64,000 nucleotides of DNA from Saprospira sp. CCB-QB6 (GCF_028464065.1 NZ_CP116808.1:1071886-1135885); one strand, 5' to 3'. Shown: positions 8,512-19,306, counted from the first letter of the stretch. The notes: generated by a model from the sequence alone, not told the origin. Translations and numbers: made by a program.

Positions 8512-9811
8512 AGCGATAAGTACTGGTATCTACGCAGAAAGGCATATTATCTTGTTTAAGGTAGGTATAACCTGCGGTCATATCGGGATTTGGACCAGTC
8601 TTTTTCTTTTTAAACTCGAGCGCTTCAGGACAAGCTTGATTAAGTCCAGTAATAAAGTTTGCGACTAGTCGAGCTTGTTCTGCGCGACCTTCCCAGCCTA
8701 GCCCAACAGCTTCCACCATTCCCAGAACGAAGAGATTATCATATTCGGGATGAAACATATTGAGATAGAGTTCGGGGGCTCGGCCTTGCCAGTTTAGCTC
8801 TTTTTTATCAATAAACGGGTAATCTAGTTTGTAGCCAGTGGCTAGCATGAGCATATCATACTCTTCTTTTTGACCATCTTTAAAATAGACTATTTGTCCC
8901 TCAAACTTTTCGACATCGCCACGGATAGTAATATCGCCTTGGCCAATATGTTGTAAGATAAGGGTATTCATTACGGGCCGAGACTCATAAACCTTATGGT
9001 CTGGGGCTGGGAATCCAAAATTTTGGAGATCGCCAACTACCCACTTGAGAAGTTTTCCTCCAATCCATTGTTGTAAGGGGCGAGGCAGGCGCCATTTTCC
9101 TCCCAAGGTATCGGAGGGTTTACCCATAATATACTTGGGCACAAAATAGTAGCCTCTACGGACAGAGACATCTACTTTTGGTGAACGGTGAGCAGCATCC
9201 ACGGCAATATCGCAACCGCTATTTCCCGCTCCAATAATGAGTACTCGTTTATCTTCAAAAATGGCGGCATTCTTATATTGCGAAGAGTGCCAAATTTCGC
9301 CCGAGAACTCTCCTTTAAACTTAGGGTAGCTTGGCTGGGCCAACATTCCATTGGCGATAATGAGTCCCTTGTATAGATGTGTAGAGCTTTGGCCATTTTG
9401 CTCTACCGTAATTTCCCAGCTTTCTCCTTTTCTTTCGGTCTTAAGCACCTTTGTTTGAAAAGAGTAGTGCGGGTAGAGATCAAACTCCTTAGCATAAGCC
9501 TGAAAATAGCTATACATTTCTCGATGAGAAGGGTAATCGGGCCAGTGTTCGGGCATTGGGAAATCCTTAAACTCCGTTTGCTTTTTAGAAGAAATCAGGT
9601 GAGCAGACTCGTAGACAATACTATTGGGATTATTAATATTCCATAATCCGCCAACATCTACACCTAGCTCAAAGCCATCAAAAGGAATTCCTTGTTCCTT
9701 AAGTGCTTTGGCCGCAGAAATCCCCGAAGGGCCGGCACCAATGATAGCATATTTTTCTTCTGTTTGCTCGAGGGGCTTGGGGCCGTATACATTATTCTTG
9801 CGATTGGGCAC
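8474..9811 (-). CDS. Flavin-containing monooxygenase (class B, NAD(P)-binding).
   Basis: IIGAGPSGISAAKAL and a second GAGNSG dinucleotide motif. 445 aa. Confidence 0.8.
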   Translation of the reverse strand: MPNRKNNVYGPKPLEQTEEKYAIIGAGPSGISAAKALKEQGIPFDGFELGVDVGGLWNINNPNSIVYESAHLISSKKQTEFKDFPMPEHWPDYPSHREMYSYFQAYAKEFDLYPHYSFQTKVLKTERKGESWEITVEQNGQSSTHLYKGLIIANGMLAQPSYPKFKGEFSGEIWHSSQYKNAAIFEDKRVLIIGAGNSGCDIAVDAAHRSPKVDVSVRRGYYFVPKYIMGKPSDTLGGKWRLPRPLQQWIGGKLLKWVVGDLQNFGFPAPDHKVYESRPVMNTLILQHIGQGDITIRGDVEKFEGQIVYFKDGQKEEYDMLMLATGYKLDYPFIDKKELNWQGRAPELYLNMFHPEYDNLFVLGMVEAVGLGWEGRAEQARLVANFITGLNQACPEALEFKKKKTGPNPDMTAGYTYLKQDNMPFCVDTSTYRSILEKEAAALPQ

Positions 9812-10060
9812 AAATATATCGTTTTAGTGAAAGCGTAAAATGCTAGGCATCTGCGCTATAATAGACTTTCGGCCAATAGATAACGGTTTTCAAAAAAAAA
9901 TGAAAATTTCTGCTGTTAAAAAAATCTAAGGAATTGAAAAAATCGTAATAGAAAGCTTTTTGAAAAAAATCATGCCTTTTAGGTAACAAAACATTAAGAA
10001 TTGTCATCAAGGAAATAGCTATCTTTATGAGGCTATTTTTTTTACCTAAAACTTAATCTA

Positions 10061-11110
10061 ATGTATAGATTTTTATTTCTCCCTCTATTTTTGTTGTTCC
10101 TCTATCAACCTGCAGAGGCTCAATTGATGAATCGCCTAAAAAACAAGGCAAAAGCAGGTGTTGCAGGTGTGAAGGCCCAAACAGAACAAGCTGTAGACAT
10201 CAATAGTCTGCCAGCAGAAGAGCGTCGAGCACTGTATGAAAAAAAAGGCTATCAAGTTGTTGTTGGCTATCTACACTGGGCCACTGAGCAAGGTGAGCTG
10301 GCAGAAGAAGTGACTGGTGCAGCGAAAGCTATGCAACACCCTAGCGCAACTTATGCTGAATTAACATCTCCCTTAGAGGATCGTAAGCTCCTTCAATACT
10401 CAGAACTTCCTGAATCTAGTGATTGGGTGGAAGCTGGAGATAAACTTTATGCTATTGTTGGACTTAGTGGTATCATTAAAAATCCTGAAACGAACAAGGC
10501 TTTCCGTTACCAAGAACTAGATAAGGCCACTGTTCGCAAACTTCTTTTTGAAGACGAAAGCTGGATTCTTTACCTAAACCGTCCTGGTGCAGAAGTTATG
10601 GTTATTGCTGCTGGAGCAGCAACTGTAACCAAAGCTCAAAATCTTTTTGAGGCAGAAAGTTCTTTAGCCAAAGCTAAAGCCGTTGAAGCTAAAATCAATA
10701 TCCGCTTAGAAAAAGAGAAAGCCAAAGAACTAGAAGAGCTCAATGCTGCGGCTGCCAAAGTACAAGTGCCTAAAAAAGGGGCTATGGATAAAAACAGCAA
10801 CCTCCGCGCTTTGTCTAAAAAATACTTGACCGAGCTTTGTGAAAAAGACGGTACTCCCCTACTCTACTTTCACCTAGAGTCTAATGATTGGACCCCTTAC
10901 ATGAACCAACGAACATCTAAGCCTTTTTACCGTTGGTGTAAAGGTGCTTTTGTTCAGAAAAATAAAGACGGAAGTTGCATGCTTCATGGCTATACGCTCA
11001 AGCAGCGTTATGTGGGTGGAAAATACCATACAGAAATTGAGTTTGGTGGAGTGATCCAGGGCCAAGTGCCTTATGGTAGCTACATCAGCTGCGATAATAT
11101 TCCGAAATAA
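10061..11110 (+). CDS. Hypothetical secreted protein.
   Basis: Signal peptide (...PAEAQ). 349 aa with no recognisable domain. Confidence 0.55.
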   Translation: MYRFLFLPLFLLFLYQPAEAQLMNRLKNKAKAGVAGVKAQTEQAVDINSLPAEERRALYEKKGYQVVVGYLHWATEQGELAEEVTGAAKAMQHPSATYAELTSPLEDRKLLQYSELPESSDWVEAGDKLYAIVGLSGIIKNPETNKAFRYQELDKATVRKLLFEDESWILYLNRPGAEVMVIAAGAATVTKAQNLFEAESSLAKAKAVEAKINIRLEKEKAKELEELNAAAAKVQVPKKGAMDKNSNLRALSKKYLTELCEKDGTPLLYFHLESNDWTPYMNQRTSKPFYRWCKGAFVQKNKDGSCMLHGYTLKQRYVGGKYHTEIEFGGVIQGQVPYGSYISCDNIPK

Positions 11111-11133
11111 TCATTTTTCGGTTTGATGTAAAA

Positions 11134-11157
11134 GGGAGCTTAGGCTCCCTTTTTTTT
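11134..11157 (+). terminator. Rho-independent terminator.
   Basis: gggagc-tta-gctccc hairpin followed by a T8 run. Confidence 0.6.
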
Positions 11158-11174
11158 GGTCCAATTTTGCGTTT

Positions 11175-11333
11175 AGAGGAGCGAAGCGACTGGCCCAGCG
11201 CTGCGGAGGGGTGGCCGTAGGCCAGACCGAGCCAGCAAGCTGGCGAAGGGCCGAGCGAATAGTGAGCCCCGCAGCATAGCGGCGGCCGCCCTAGCCGAAG
11301 GCTAGCCGGCCGCGGGCCCCAAGGCATAAAAAA
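11175..11333. repeat. Family A GC-rich repeat.
   Basis: Shares the gccagaccgagccagcaagctggcgaagggccgagcgaatag core with other loci. Confidence 0.8.
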
Positions 11334-11393
11334 ATAACCAACCCTAATTATAGAATTGGTTATTATTATTTCTAGCGAAATAGGAAGTTTATC

Positions 11394-12647
11394 CTAAAGA
11401 CCAAAAGCCTTTTTGATATCTTCTACGCGGTCCAAACGCTCCCAAGTGAAAGTTTCCACTTCGCGTTTTTCCCAACCTTGAGGCGTCAATACTTCCACCT
11501 CTTTCATTTCTGAAGGGCGGCCCATGTGACCATAAGCAGCAGTTTCAGAATAGATAGGGTTGCGTAGGCCGAGGTTGCGGATTACGGCAGAAGGGCGAAG
11601 GTCGAACAAAGTAGAAAGCGTTTTAGCGATTTCCCCATCGTTCATATCTACTTTGGCCGTGCCATAAGTGTCTACAAAAAGACCTACGGGCTCCGCTACA
11701 CCAATAGCGTAAGCGACCTGAACGAGTGCTTGATCAGCAACACCAGCAGCCACCAAGTTTTTGGCGATATGGCGAGTTGCGTAAGCAGCAGAACGGTCTA
11801 CTTTTGAAGGATCTTTACCAGAGAAAGCGCCTCCACCATGAGCACCTTTTCCACCATAAGTATCTACAATGATCTTGCGGCCAGTCAAGCCAGCATCACC
11901 ATGAGGACCACCAATTACGAACTTCCCTGTGGGGTTGACGTGATAGATGATGTTGTCATCAAAAAGAGCTTGGATGCGCTCGGGCAAGCTAGCTTTTACG
12001 CGAGGAATCAAGGTTTCGATAACATCCTTTTGGATTTGATTGCGCATCGCTTTTTCTTCTGCAAAATCGTCATGCTGTGTAGACAAAACGATAGTGTTGA
12101 TGCGGATAGGCTGATGATCGTCATTGTACTCGATAGTTACCTGAGACTTGGCATCGGGACGGAGGTAAGTCATTTCTTTACCCGCCTTGCGAATAGCCGC
12201 CAACTCTCTCAACAAACGGTGAGAAAGATCTAGGGCCAAAGGCATGTAGTTATCGGTTTCGTTGGTAGCAAAACCGAACATCATTCCTTGGTCACCGGCG
12301 CCCTGCTCTTCTTCTTCACGGCCCACATCTACGCCCTGCGCGATATCGGCAGATTGTTCGTGGATTGCAGACATGATTCCGCAAGAGTTGTAATCAAATT
12401 GATATTCAGCCTTGGTATAACCGATTTTATGCAATGTTTTGCGAATCGCTTTTTGGATATCTACATAAGCTTCTGAGCGAACTTCACCGCCCACAACCAC
12501 CAAACCTGTGGTCACAAAGCTTTCACAGGCTACCTTAGAACTAGGATCATTGGCCAAAAAAGCATCTAGGATAGCATCTGAGATTTGGTCGGCTACTTTA
12601 TCGGGATGCCCCTCAGAGACCGACTCTGATGTGAACAAATATGGCAT
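11394..12647 (-). CDS. metK: S-adenosylmethionine synthetase.
   Basis: [24 protein letters not shown] and [19 protein letters not shown] motifs. Confidence 0.95.
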   Translation of the reverse strand: MPYLFTSESVSEGHPDKVADQISDAILDAFLANDPSSKVACESFVTTGLVVVGGEVRSEAYVDIQKAIRKTLHKIGYTKAEYQFDYNSCGIMSAIHEQSADIAQGVDVGREEEEQGAGDQGMMFGFATNETDNYMPLALDLSHRLLRELAAIRKAGKEMTYLRPDAKSQVTIEYNDDHQPIRINTIVLSTQHDDFAEEKAMRNQIQKDVIETLIPRVKASLPERIQALFDDNIIYHVNPTGKFVIGGPHGDAGLTGRKIIVDTYGGKGAHGGGAFSGKDPSKVDRSAAYATRHIAKNLVAAGVADQALVQVAYAIGVAEPVGLFVDTYGTAKVDMNDGEIAKTLSTLFDLRPSAVIRNLGLRNPIYSETAAYGHMGRPSEMKEVEVLTPQGWEKREVETFTWERLDRVEDIKKAFGL

Positions 12648-13114
12648 TATTTCTCGCTAATTTAAAGTTGTTCAAAAAATATGCAAAGGGCCAAATTGAT
12701 CTTTTGGGCGGCCTTCGCTTCATAAATGCAGCAAAGATATAAATTTCTACAAAGGAAGTTAAACCCACCCCTATTTTGCTAGAAAAAAAGCTGAGAGACA
12801 AGCGCCAAGCTATAAGGCGTCAAAGATTGGCTGAATCCTACCCAACTAGCAGCTAGACCTACTCAGCTAGCAGCCAGCCCTAACTTTTGCCCTTTTTCAT
12901 TTTGTTACATTATTTTCATTTTTAACAATTGGGGTCCAAAATCCTGTTTCTGCAGCAAAAAGGGGAAAGACAAAATTTTAAACAGCTTCTACAACTAAAT
13001 GCCCCGAAAATCACTTCCCCTTGATGAAAATTGCATAGAAAACGGCTGTAATTATGAATACCACATACAATTTGTGGCTTAAGCTGTAAAACACTATCAT
13101 TAGTTTCTTTTTTG

Positions 13115-13440
13115 GGGGCTGCCCCTCGCCTGCGGCTCGGGTCGGGCTGTGTCAGGGCTCGCTATTCGCTCGGCCCTTCGCCAGCAAGCTGGCTCGGTCT
13201 GGCCTACGGCCACCCTTTTCCATCCCTCAGCCGATGCAGGCCCTAGCCTGCATAAAAGCGGCAGGCTATCGCCTATTTAATATAAAGCGGGCTTTAGCCC
13301 GCTTTGGATTGGACCAATTTTGCCCAGACAGCCCGAGGGATTCCGCAAGGAATCCCGTAGAGGGGTGGGTGGGCGGGTCATCAGTACGGATGACGAGCGA
13401 AGCGAGGAATACCGCTTTGGGCCAACCAAAAGCAGAAAAG
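13115..13440. repeat. Family A repeat, long form. Begins with the terminal motif TTGGGGGCTGCCCC.
   Basis: Homologous over about 250 bp to 29240-29470 (ttggggctgcccc...gtcgggtcgggctgtg...cccttttccatccctcagcc...gcgggctttagcccgc...attggacc). Confidence 0.8.
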
Positions 13441-13462
13441 ACTGTTTAAGGAAAAAAACGCC

Positions 13463-13858
13463 ATGAAAAAAGTAGAAAAAACCGAGGCTGAATGGAGAGC
13501 CCTACTTCAGCCAGAAGAATACCGCATTTTGCGGCAGGCAGGAACCGAACGCCCTTTTACAGGAGCCTACTACCAAGAAGAACGCCCTGGCCAATATAGC
13601 TGCAAAGCCTGCAATTGGCCCCTTTTTGATGCCCAACAAAAATATCATTCGGGCTGTGGTTGGCCCAGCTTCTGGACCGAGCTAGCCAGCGCCAATATCA
13701 TCCAACGGCCCGATTATAGCCATGGTATGCAACGCATCGAGCTGCTTTGCCCGCAGTGCGAATCGCATTTGGGCCATATTTTTAATGATGGGCCAGCCCC
13801 CACGGGAGTTCGCTATTGTATCAATTCGGCTAGCCTGAACTTTAGCCCAAAAGAATAA
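13463..13858 (+). CDS. msrB: Peptide-methionine (R)-S-oxide reductase.
   Basis: CGWPSFW and HLGHIFNDGP SelR motifs with CxxC pairs. Confidence 0.9.
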   Translation: MKKVEKTEAEWRALLQPEEYRILRQAGTERPFTGAYYQEERPGQYSCKACNWPLFDAQQKYHSGCGWPSFWTELASANIIQRPDYSHGMQRIELLCPQCESHLGHIFNDGPAPTGVRYCINSASLNFSPKE

Positions 13859-13861
13859 GGT

Positions 13862-14022
13862 CCTTGGCGACCTACAGGCGGCAAAGCCGCCGCAGGCTGA
13901 GGGGCTGTAGCAGGGCCGCCCTAGGCGGCAGACCAAAGCGCTGAAAGCGCTGCAGGGCCGAGCGATCAGCGAGCTGCGCAATGGCCCGACCCGACCGAAG
14001 GGAGGGGCAGCCCCCAATCATT
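13862..14022. repeat. Family A repeat in reverse orientation, ending with ...GGGGCAGCCCCCAA.
   Basis: With 13115-13440 it brackets msrB with outward-facing terminal motifs. Confidence 0.8.
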
Positions 14023-14502
14023 TTATAACTTAATTTCGGCTAACAACTCCCATTCATTGGGCCGAGGAGCCGTATGCACCAGCTGCAGGCGGTCAAAATG
14101 CAGAGGAATGCTTTGGTCCTTGGCCTCCTCCTTAAAAATGGGCAAGGCTCCATATAAAAAACTGAGTTGAGGGACAAAAGGGTGCAGCTCCAGATGTTCA
14201 AAAAGCGTTTGGGCCTCTGCTCGAAGCTGGTCAATTTTGGAATTTGCTTGTTTATTGAGGAATAGACAGCGATAATGTGCCTCTAGCTCGCCACAGGGAT
14301 GAAAATCTAGCGAAATGGGCAAAATAGCCTCGGCCCAAGCGGCTAATTTTGGAGCTAGCTGCTCGGCGGGCTCCGACAAGCCCGACAAAAGCGTCAGGTG
14401 GGGACAAAAGCGCGGAGAATCATCTAGGCTATATAGGCCCGTAATGAGTTGGGCCAGTTCCTGATAAGCCTGATGATTGGGGATTAACCAAAGAGAAAGC
14501 AT
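14023..14502 (-). CDS. Hypothetical protein, possible 2H phosphoesterase (LigT-like) fold.
   Basis: Two H-x-T/S-x motifs (CPHLTLL, LVHTAP) at an appropriate spacing. Weak evidence. Confidence 0.35.
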   Translation of the reverse strand: MLSLWLIPNHQAYQELAQLITGLYSLDDSPRFCPHLTLLSGLSEPAEQLAPKLAAWAEAILPISLDFHPCGELEAHYRCLFLNKQANSKIDQLRAEAQTLFEHLELHPFVPQLSFLYGALPIFKEEAKDQSIPLHFDRLQLVHTAPRPNEWELLAEIKL

Positions 14503-14625
14503 AGCAAATAGAGATTAGGGAAAGGAAGATACAAACTTATTAGGGAATTTTGGGGCTAGCTTCGGTCCTTAAAGAGTTTTGTTTAAATTTGCGGCAATTT
14601 TGCACGCTCAAATACAGGGATTTAT

Positions 14626-15825
14626 ATGCTCAACATCATTTTATTTAGTACAGAGACCAGCCGTATGCGGCTACGCCCATTTAGTTATAGCCGTCCGATT
14701 GGGGCATTTCGTTTAGGTATAGATAGCTTAGCGGAAAAATGGCAAGCTTTGCTTGGCGGACAGGTTTCTCATTTTACGGCTCCTTATTTGGCCCAAAAAT
14801 ATCCCTGCCAAGTTGAGGAAGAAAACTTATTGATTCGGGCTACCATTCTTCCCTCTGCAGATTTGATTGCGGCCATTGGGCAGCTACAGGCGGGCGAAAG
14901 TCTAGCTGATGCTCAGGGGCAATCTATTGCATTACGGTTAGGTAGCTTAGCGGCCCAACAATATTTGGCTGGACAGTTATTAGAGCCCTTAGTTCAGCAA
15001 GAATACCGGGCGGACTTAGTCGAGTTAAAAGGCCCATGGGATCTCTTTCAGCTCAATGATTATCAGCTTCGGCAAGACTTTGAGCGCTTGAAGGGCGAAG
15101 GGAAAAAACTTTCGGCCAGCAATCGTTTGATTGGGCCAGAAGATCAGCTGTATATTCATCCAACGGCCTATGTAGAAGGCAGTATTTTGAATACACAAAC
15201 GGGACCTATATATATTGGTCCAGAGGCCCAAGTTTTAGAAGGTTGTATGTTACGTGGACCAATTGCTTTAAACGAGGGAGCTGCCTTAAAAATGGGCACA
15301 AAAGTTTATGGCGCGACAACTTTGGGTCCTCATGCTAAGATGGGTGGAGAAATCAGCAATGTCAATGTATTTGGCTACTCCAACAAGGGACATGATGGCT
15401 TTTTGGGCAATGCCGTTTTGGGGGAATGGTGCAATTTGGGGGCAGATACAAATAGCTCCAACCTCAAAAACAATTATGGCAAAGTAAAAGTATGGAACTA
15501 TGCCCAAGAACAATTTGAGCAAACTGATTTACAATTTTGTGGGCTGCTTATGGGCGATCATAGCAAAACAGGCATTAACAGCATGCTTAATACGGCCAGC
15601 ACAGTAGGCTTTTCGGCCAATCTTTATGGAGCTGATTTTCCAGAAAAATTTATTCCCTCCTTTGCTTGGGGAAGCAAAGGCAACTGGCAAACCTACAGCC
15701 TTGACAAAGCCATGCAAACCGCGGAGCGCATGATGCAGCGTAGAAACATTCCCTTTGATGCAAATGAAAGCCAGCTTTTTGAGCAGCTTTTTGTCCGAAC
15801 TCAAAATTATCGAAAATGGGAGTAG
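14626..15825 (+). CDS. Putative sugar-phosphate nucleotidyltransferase with a C-terminal left-handed beta-helix (Bacteroidota GlmU-like protein).
   Basis: N-terminal nucleotidyltransferase-like region (ILFSTETSRMRLRPFSYSRPIGAF) followed by hexapeptide-repeat-like segments. Confidence 0.5.
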   Translation: MLNIILFSTETSRMRLRPFSYSRPIGAFRLGIDSLAEKWQALLGGQVSHFTAPYLAQKYPCQVEEENLLIRATILPSADLIAAIGQLQAGESLADAQGQSIALRLGSLAAQQYLAGQLLEPLVQQEYRADLVELKGPWDLFQLNDYQLRQDFERLKGEGKKLSASNRLIGPEDQLYIHPTAYVEGSILNTQTGPIYIGPEAQVLEGCMLRGPIALNEGAALKMGTKVYGATTLGPHAKMGGEISNVNVFGYSNKGHDGFLGNAVLGEWCNLGADTNSSNLKNNYGKVKVWNYAQEQFEQTDLQFCGLLMGDHSKTGINSMLNTASTVGFSANLYGADFPEKFIPSFAWGSKGNWQTYSLDKAMQTAERMMQRRNIPFDANESQLFEQLFVRTQNYRKWE

Positions 15826-16484
15826 CTGTCACAAGAAAACCTAATTTACTTAAAAAATTAGCGAGCTACTTTTATAGTTTTCGGTTAGAGCAGGAAGAAA
15901 GTTCGATTAGTGGCCCTTTAGAGCTTCAGTATAGAGAAGGGCGATATATGTTGAGTACTGAGCATGCAATTTACTCTTACCAAGACCTTTACCACAACTT
16001 TCGGCTTGCATTTGACTATCTAGAACCTGAAAAAAAAGGACTAAAATCAGTACTTATTTTAGGTTTTGCCATGGGGAGTGTCTGTCAACTTTTAGAGAAT
16101 AGAGGGCTCAATGCCAACTACTTAGGCATTGAAATAGATCCTGTAATTATTAAGTGGACCAAGCAATATATTTTGCCTGAATTGGCGGCTAACATTAGCT
16201 TAAAACAGACTGATGCCATTGCATTTTTGCAAGAAAATGCAGACAAGTTTGAGCTAATACTCATAGACTTATTCATTGATAATCAAGCCCCTGAGCAGTT
16301 CAGAACAAAGGATTTTCTACTGAGTATACAGGAACATTTAGCTCCTAATGGACGTATAATATATAATAGTATGTCCGATCAAAAGGGCCATTCAGCATTT
16401 TTGGAACAATTTCAGCAAGTGTTTCCCAAAATGCATAGTCTTCAAATAGGGAAAAATCAACTCCTATTTAATTTGCCCAAATAA
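15816..16484 (+). CDS. Spermidine synthase-like class I SAM-dependent methyltransferase-fold protein.
   Basis: LILGFAMGSV...LGIEIDP...LILIDLF motif pattern typical of aminopropyltransferase/MTase folds. Confidence 0.5.
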   Translation: MGVAVTRKPNLLKKLASYFYSFRLEQEESSISGPLELQYREGRYMLSTEHAIYSYQDLYHNFRLAFDYLEPEKKGLKSVLILGFAMGSVCQLLENRGLNANYLGIEIDPVIIKWTKQYILPELAANISLKQTDAIAFLQENADKFELILIDLFIDNQAPEQFRTKDFLLSIQEHLAPNGRIIYNSMSDQKGHSAFLEQFQQVFPKMHSLQIGKNQLLFNLPK

Positions 16485-16775
16485 ATTGTCACAAACATTA
16501 GGTATTTTACCTAGCAACAGATTAAAAAATTATTAGGCTAGTTTAAGCCCTTTGCAATTAGGCTTTTATTGCTTATTTTTATTTATATTAAAATAAAATT
16601 TCGATAAAATCCAAAGACAGATAGGCTAACAAGGCAGAGATAAGCAAGCTGATAAGAATTAATTTTCCAAAACTGTTAATTTTCACGATATTCATTGGCT
16701 AAACAGGCCTCAAGTCATTCTAAACCAAAGCAAAAGCAAAGATAAAAACTAGATACACTTAATATTTTAGGGAAT

Positions 16776-17861
16776 ATGAAAGCACTGTACAACCACTCAC
16801 TTTTTAGCTTGTTGTTTATCTGTAGCCTGCTACTTTTAGGAAGCAATGCAGAGCTAAAGGCCAACGACAAGTTTTTTGATTACCTGCCAAAGTACCGTAA
16901 GTTCAATTCCAATTATCAGATTGATAAGATTGAATACAGGGAGAAGCGCACAGTAATTTACTTCCGCTTTGTTGTTGAAGAAGATAATAATGTCGCCTTT
17001 TACAGCGGCTCACACCCCAATGCTTGGTACCTCCGTACACCTCCACGTATGCGCGGTATTGAGGTCCAGTTCAAACTTATGGAAATCACTGATATCCGCG
17101 TCAATAACGAAGTTAAGGTTGATATTCTCAAAGATATTCCAGAAATCGAATACGAAATGAAGAGAGGTGATGTGGTCACCTGCGAAATGCACTTTGCTCG
17201 CATTCCTCATTATATCCGTATGCTAGACCTTATTGAAGGAGCTGATGGTGATATGGACAATGATCGTTTCAACTGTTTTGATATTCTTATAAAAACGGCT
17301 CAGAGCCCTCTGCTCGGAAAAGAAAACGAGGCCCAAAAGAACACCCAACGCTTTGAGTCTACCTTCACTTACCTACAACCTCAAACGACTAGTCAGCCAC
17401 TAGCCACCACAACAGAAGATAACACTCCAGAACCAAATAACGGCAGCAGCCACATGGCAGAGCCTATCGACTACCGTCCTCAAGCAATGACAGACTTAGC
17501 CGATATTCGTTGTAATAAAAGAGTGATTCTTCCATCTATTTCCTTTAAAGAAGATGATGTAAACTTTAATGGACGAGTTCGAGCGATGCAAGATATCAAA
17601 ACACTTCGCCAGTATCTCGAGAACTATCCCACAGCAATGATTCGCTTACACGGACATACAGATATTTTTGGAGATGACCTTCGCAACCTTCAACTCTCTA
17701 GAGAACGAGCAATGGCCGTTAAACTAGAACTAGTAAAAATGGGAATTGAACGAGATCGAATTGAAATCTTGTTCTATGGTGGTCGCCAACCACTACAAGG
17801 CCTAGAAGAGGGCGGTATTGAAAACCGACGCGTAGAAGCAGAAGCTATCTGTACAGAATAA
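16776..17861 (+). CDS. OmpA family protein (signal peptide plus C-terminal OmpA peptidoglycan-binding domain).
   Basis: C-terminal HGHTDIFGDDLRNLQLSRERAMAV...NRRVE motif. Confidence 0.75.
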   Translation: MKALYNHSLFSLLFICSLLLLGSNAELKANDKFFDYLPKYRKFNSNYQIDKIEYREKRTVIYFRFVVEEDNNVAFYSGSHPNAWYLRTPPRMRGIEVQFKLMEITDIRVNNEVKVDILKDIPEIEYEMKRGDVVTCEMHFARIPHYIRMLDLIEGADGDMDNDRFNCFDILIKTAQSPLLGKENEAQKNTQRFESTFTYLQPQTTSQPLATTTEDNTPEPNNGSSHMAEPIDYRPQAMTDLADIRCNKRVILPSISFKEDDVNFNGRVRAMQDIKTLRQYLENYPTAMIRLHGHTDIFGDDLRNLQLSRERAMAVKLELVKMGIERDRIEILFYGGRQPLQGLEEGGIENRRVEAEAICTE

Positions 17862-17882
17862 CCCCTTCTGCTAATCAACCCA

Positions 17883-17918
17883 AAGCAGCTATTCCAGTCT
17901 TGGAATAGCTGCTTTTTT
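17883..17918 (+). terminator. Rho-independent terminator.
   Basis: agcagctattcca-gtct-tggaatagctgct hairpin followed by TTTTTT. Confidence 0.65.
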
Positions 17919-18032
17919 GTTTTAGGGAAACCCCTAAAAACAAAAAGACTAGGGGAAACCCTAACAAAAACTAGCTCCTCTCTGAATATATTTGTGACAT
18001 AAGCAAATCCCTATTACTTCAACCCTTTTGTT

Positions 18033-18383
18033 ATGCAACCTACTCCCAAAAGAATTATATACTCTCTTTTTTGTTCCCTCCAAAGCTATATTAAACAGCT
18101 CCAAAAAGTTATACAATTACAAACCAAAGTCTATCTAATAGATAATCAATCTGAACATAGACTTACTATTGTTGGCTCCCAAAAAGGCAATACAGAAGAT
18201 GTATTTATTCCTCTAGGCCCCAATAAATGTATAGACCTTTCTCAGAGTAATCGATATTGTAAAACAACAATCAGCCAATATATTCACCTATTTATCAATG
18301 GCTGCTACACCAGAAAACGCATTCAATACATTCATGGACAAGCCACCCTTGTTATTAAAAATACTGATATTTCATCCTTTTAA
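18033..18383 (+). CDS. Hypothetical protein, 116 aa, in an AT-rich block.
   Basis: ORF only. 9-nt gap to the next ORF. Confidence 0.4.
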   Translation: MQPTPKRIIYSLFCSLQSYIKQLQKVIQLQTKVYLIDNQSEHRLTIVGSQKGNTEDVFIPLGPNKCIDLSQSNRYCKTTISQYIHLFINGCYTRKRIQYIHGQATLVIKNTDISSF

Positions 18384-18392
18384 TCGTTAATT

Positions 18393-19202
18393 ATGCAGAT
18401 AAAAGAATATATCCAAGCTTGGAACGATATCCGAAATAGCTCCAAAGGCTTTCAATTTTTACAAGCTGGCAGTGGATTATGTGTTAGTAAAGAGGAGTTT
18501 GAACAATGGAATAAGCAATCAACTTGTGTTCACCTCTATTTAGCCAATAAAAATAATGAACCCTGCTTCTACCTCATTGATGAATACCACGACCAAGCCC
18601 AAGAATATATCCTCGGCCAAACTATTTTTGAAAAAAAATACATTAAACCTAGTCTTCCACCACAACAGCCTCCCCTAAAACAACATAAACCGAACGAACT
18701 ACTCCAACTGATTCAAAAGCTCCTCCAAGTACTTGATGATGAACCCAACACCTCTACTAATAAACAAAAAGAGCTAATCAAAGCAAGCTTTAACCAAATC
18801 ATTGATCAATTGAAGACGCCTGAAGAATTTGCCCAGTTTCACCAAAACCTACGCAACCATGTAGATGCCGTTATTCCAGGCTTCCGATGGCTGATGTATG
18901 CCCCCCAATGGTTCGAAGAATTAGCACAGGCCGAACAAGTAGTCCAAGCTTTTGAAATCCCCTTCCAAGACTTCGAGTTTCTTTTTAATCAAGAGAATTG
19001 CCAAGAAGTCTTCCTCTTTTTTGCCCTCAAAAACACTCCCAACGACAACTACCGCAACGCCATCGATGTCTTTTTGGCCCAATACGACCCCAAAAAAGAT
19101 TCTAGCGAAGAAATTAACTTTGTCTTAGCCAATCGTACCGCAGATATTAGTACCCCCTGCCCCCCATATAGCGCAATAACTAATTTCCCCTTGCTTTCCT
19201 AA
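18393..19202 (+). CDS. Hypothetical protein, 269 aa, in an AT-rich block.
   Basis: ORF only, with no recognisable domain. Confidence 0.45.
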   Translation: MQIKEYIQAWNDIRNSSKGFQFLQAGSGLCVSKEEFEQWNKQSTCVHLYLANKNNEPCFYLIDEYHDQAQEYILGQTIFEKKYIKPSLPPQQPPLKQHKPNELLQLIQKLLQVLDDEPNTSTNKQKELIKASFNQIIDQLKTPEEFAQFHQNLRNHVDAVIPGFRWLMYAPQWFEELAQAEQVVQAFEIPFQDFEFLFNQENCQEVFLFFALKNTPNDNYRNAIDVFLAQYDPKKDSSEEINFVLANRTADISTPCPPYSAITNFPLLS

Positions 19203-19306
19203 ATCCCCAGAACTCTGTAATCCCTCCCCAAACTTTTCCCCCAGTCTATCTAACTACGTTTAGATTTTAAGTACATTAGCCCCAATCAAATTGGGGCTAT
19301 TTACTT

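Noticed and set aside
11085-11327. 80-aa minus-strand ORF.
   Set aside because: Inside a family A repeat at 11175-11333.
12648-13110. SAM-I riboswitch upstream of metK.
   Set aside because: The canonical SAM-I consensus could not be found on the minus strand by eye. It is left as an open candidate for other SAM classes in the findings.
13234-14017. ORFs 13234-13449 (+) and 13682-14017 (-) around msrB.
   Set aside because: Lie within family A GC-rich repeats or antisense to msrB. GC-rich repeats generate long stop-free frames by chance.
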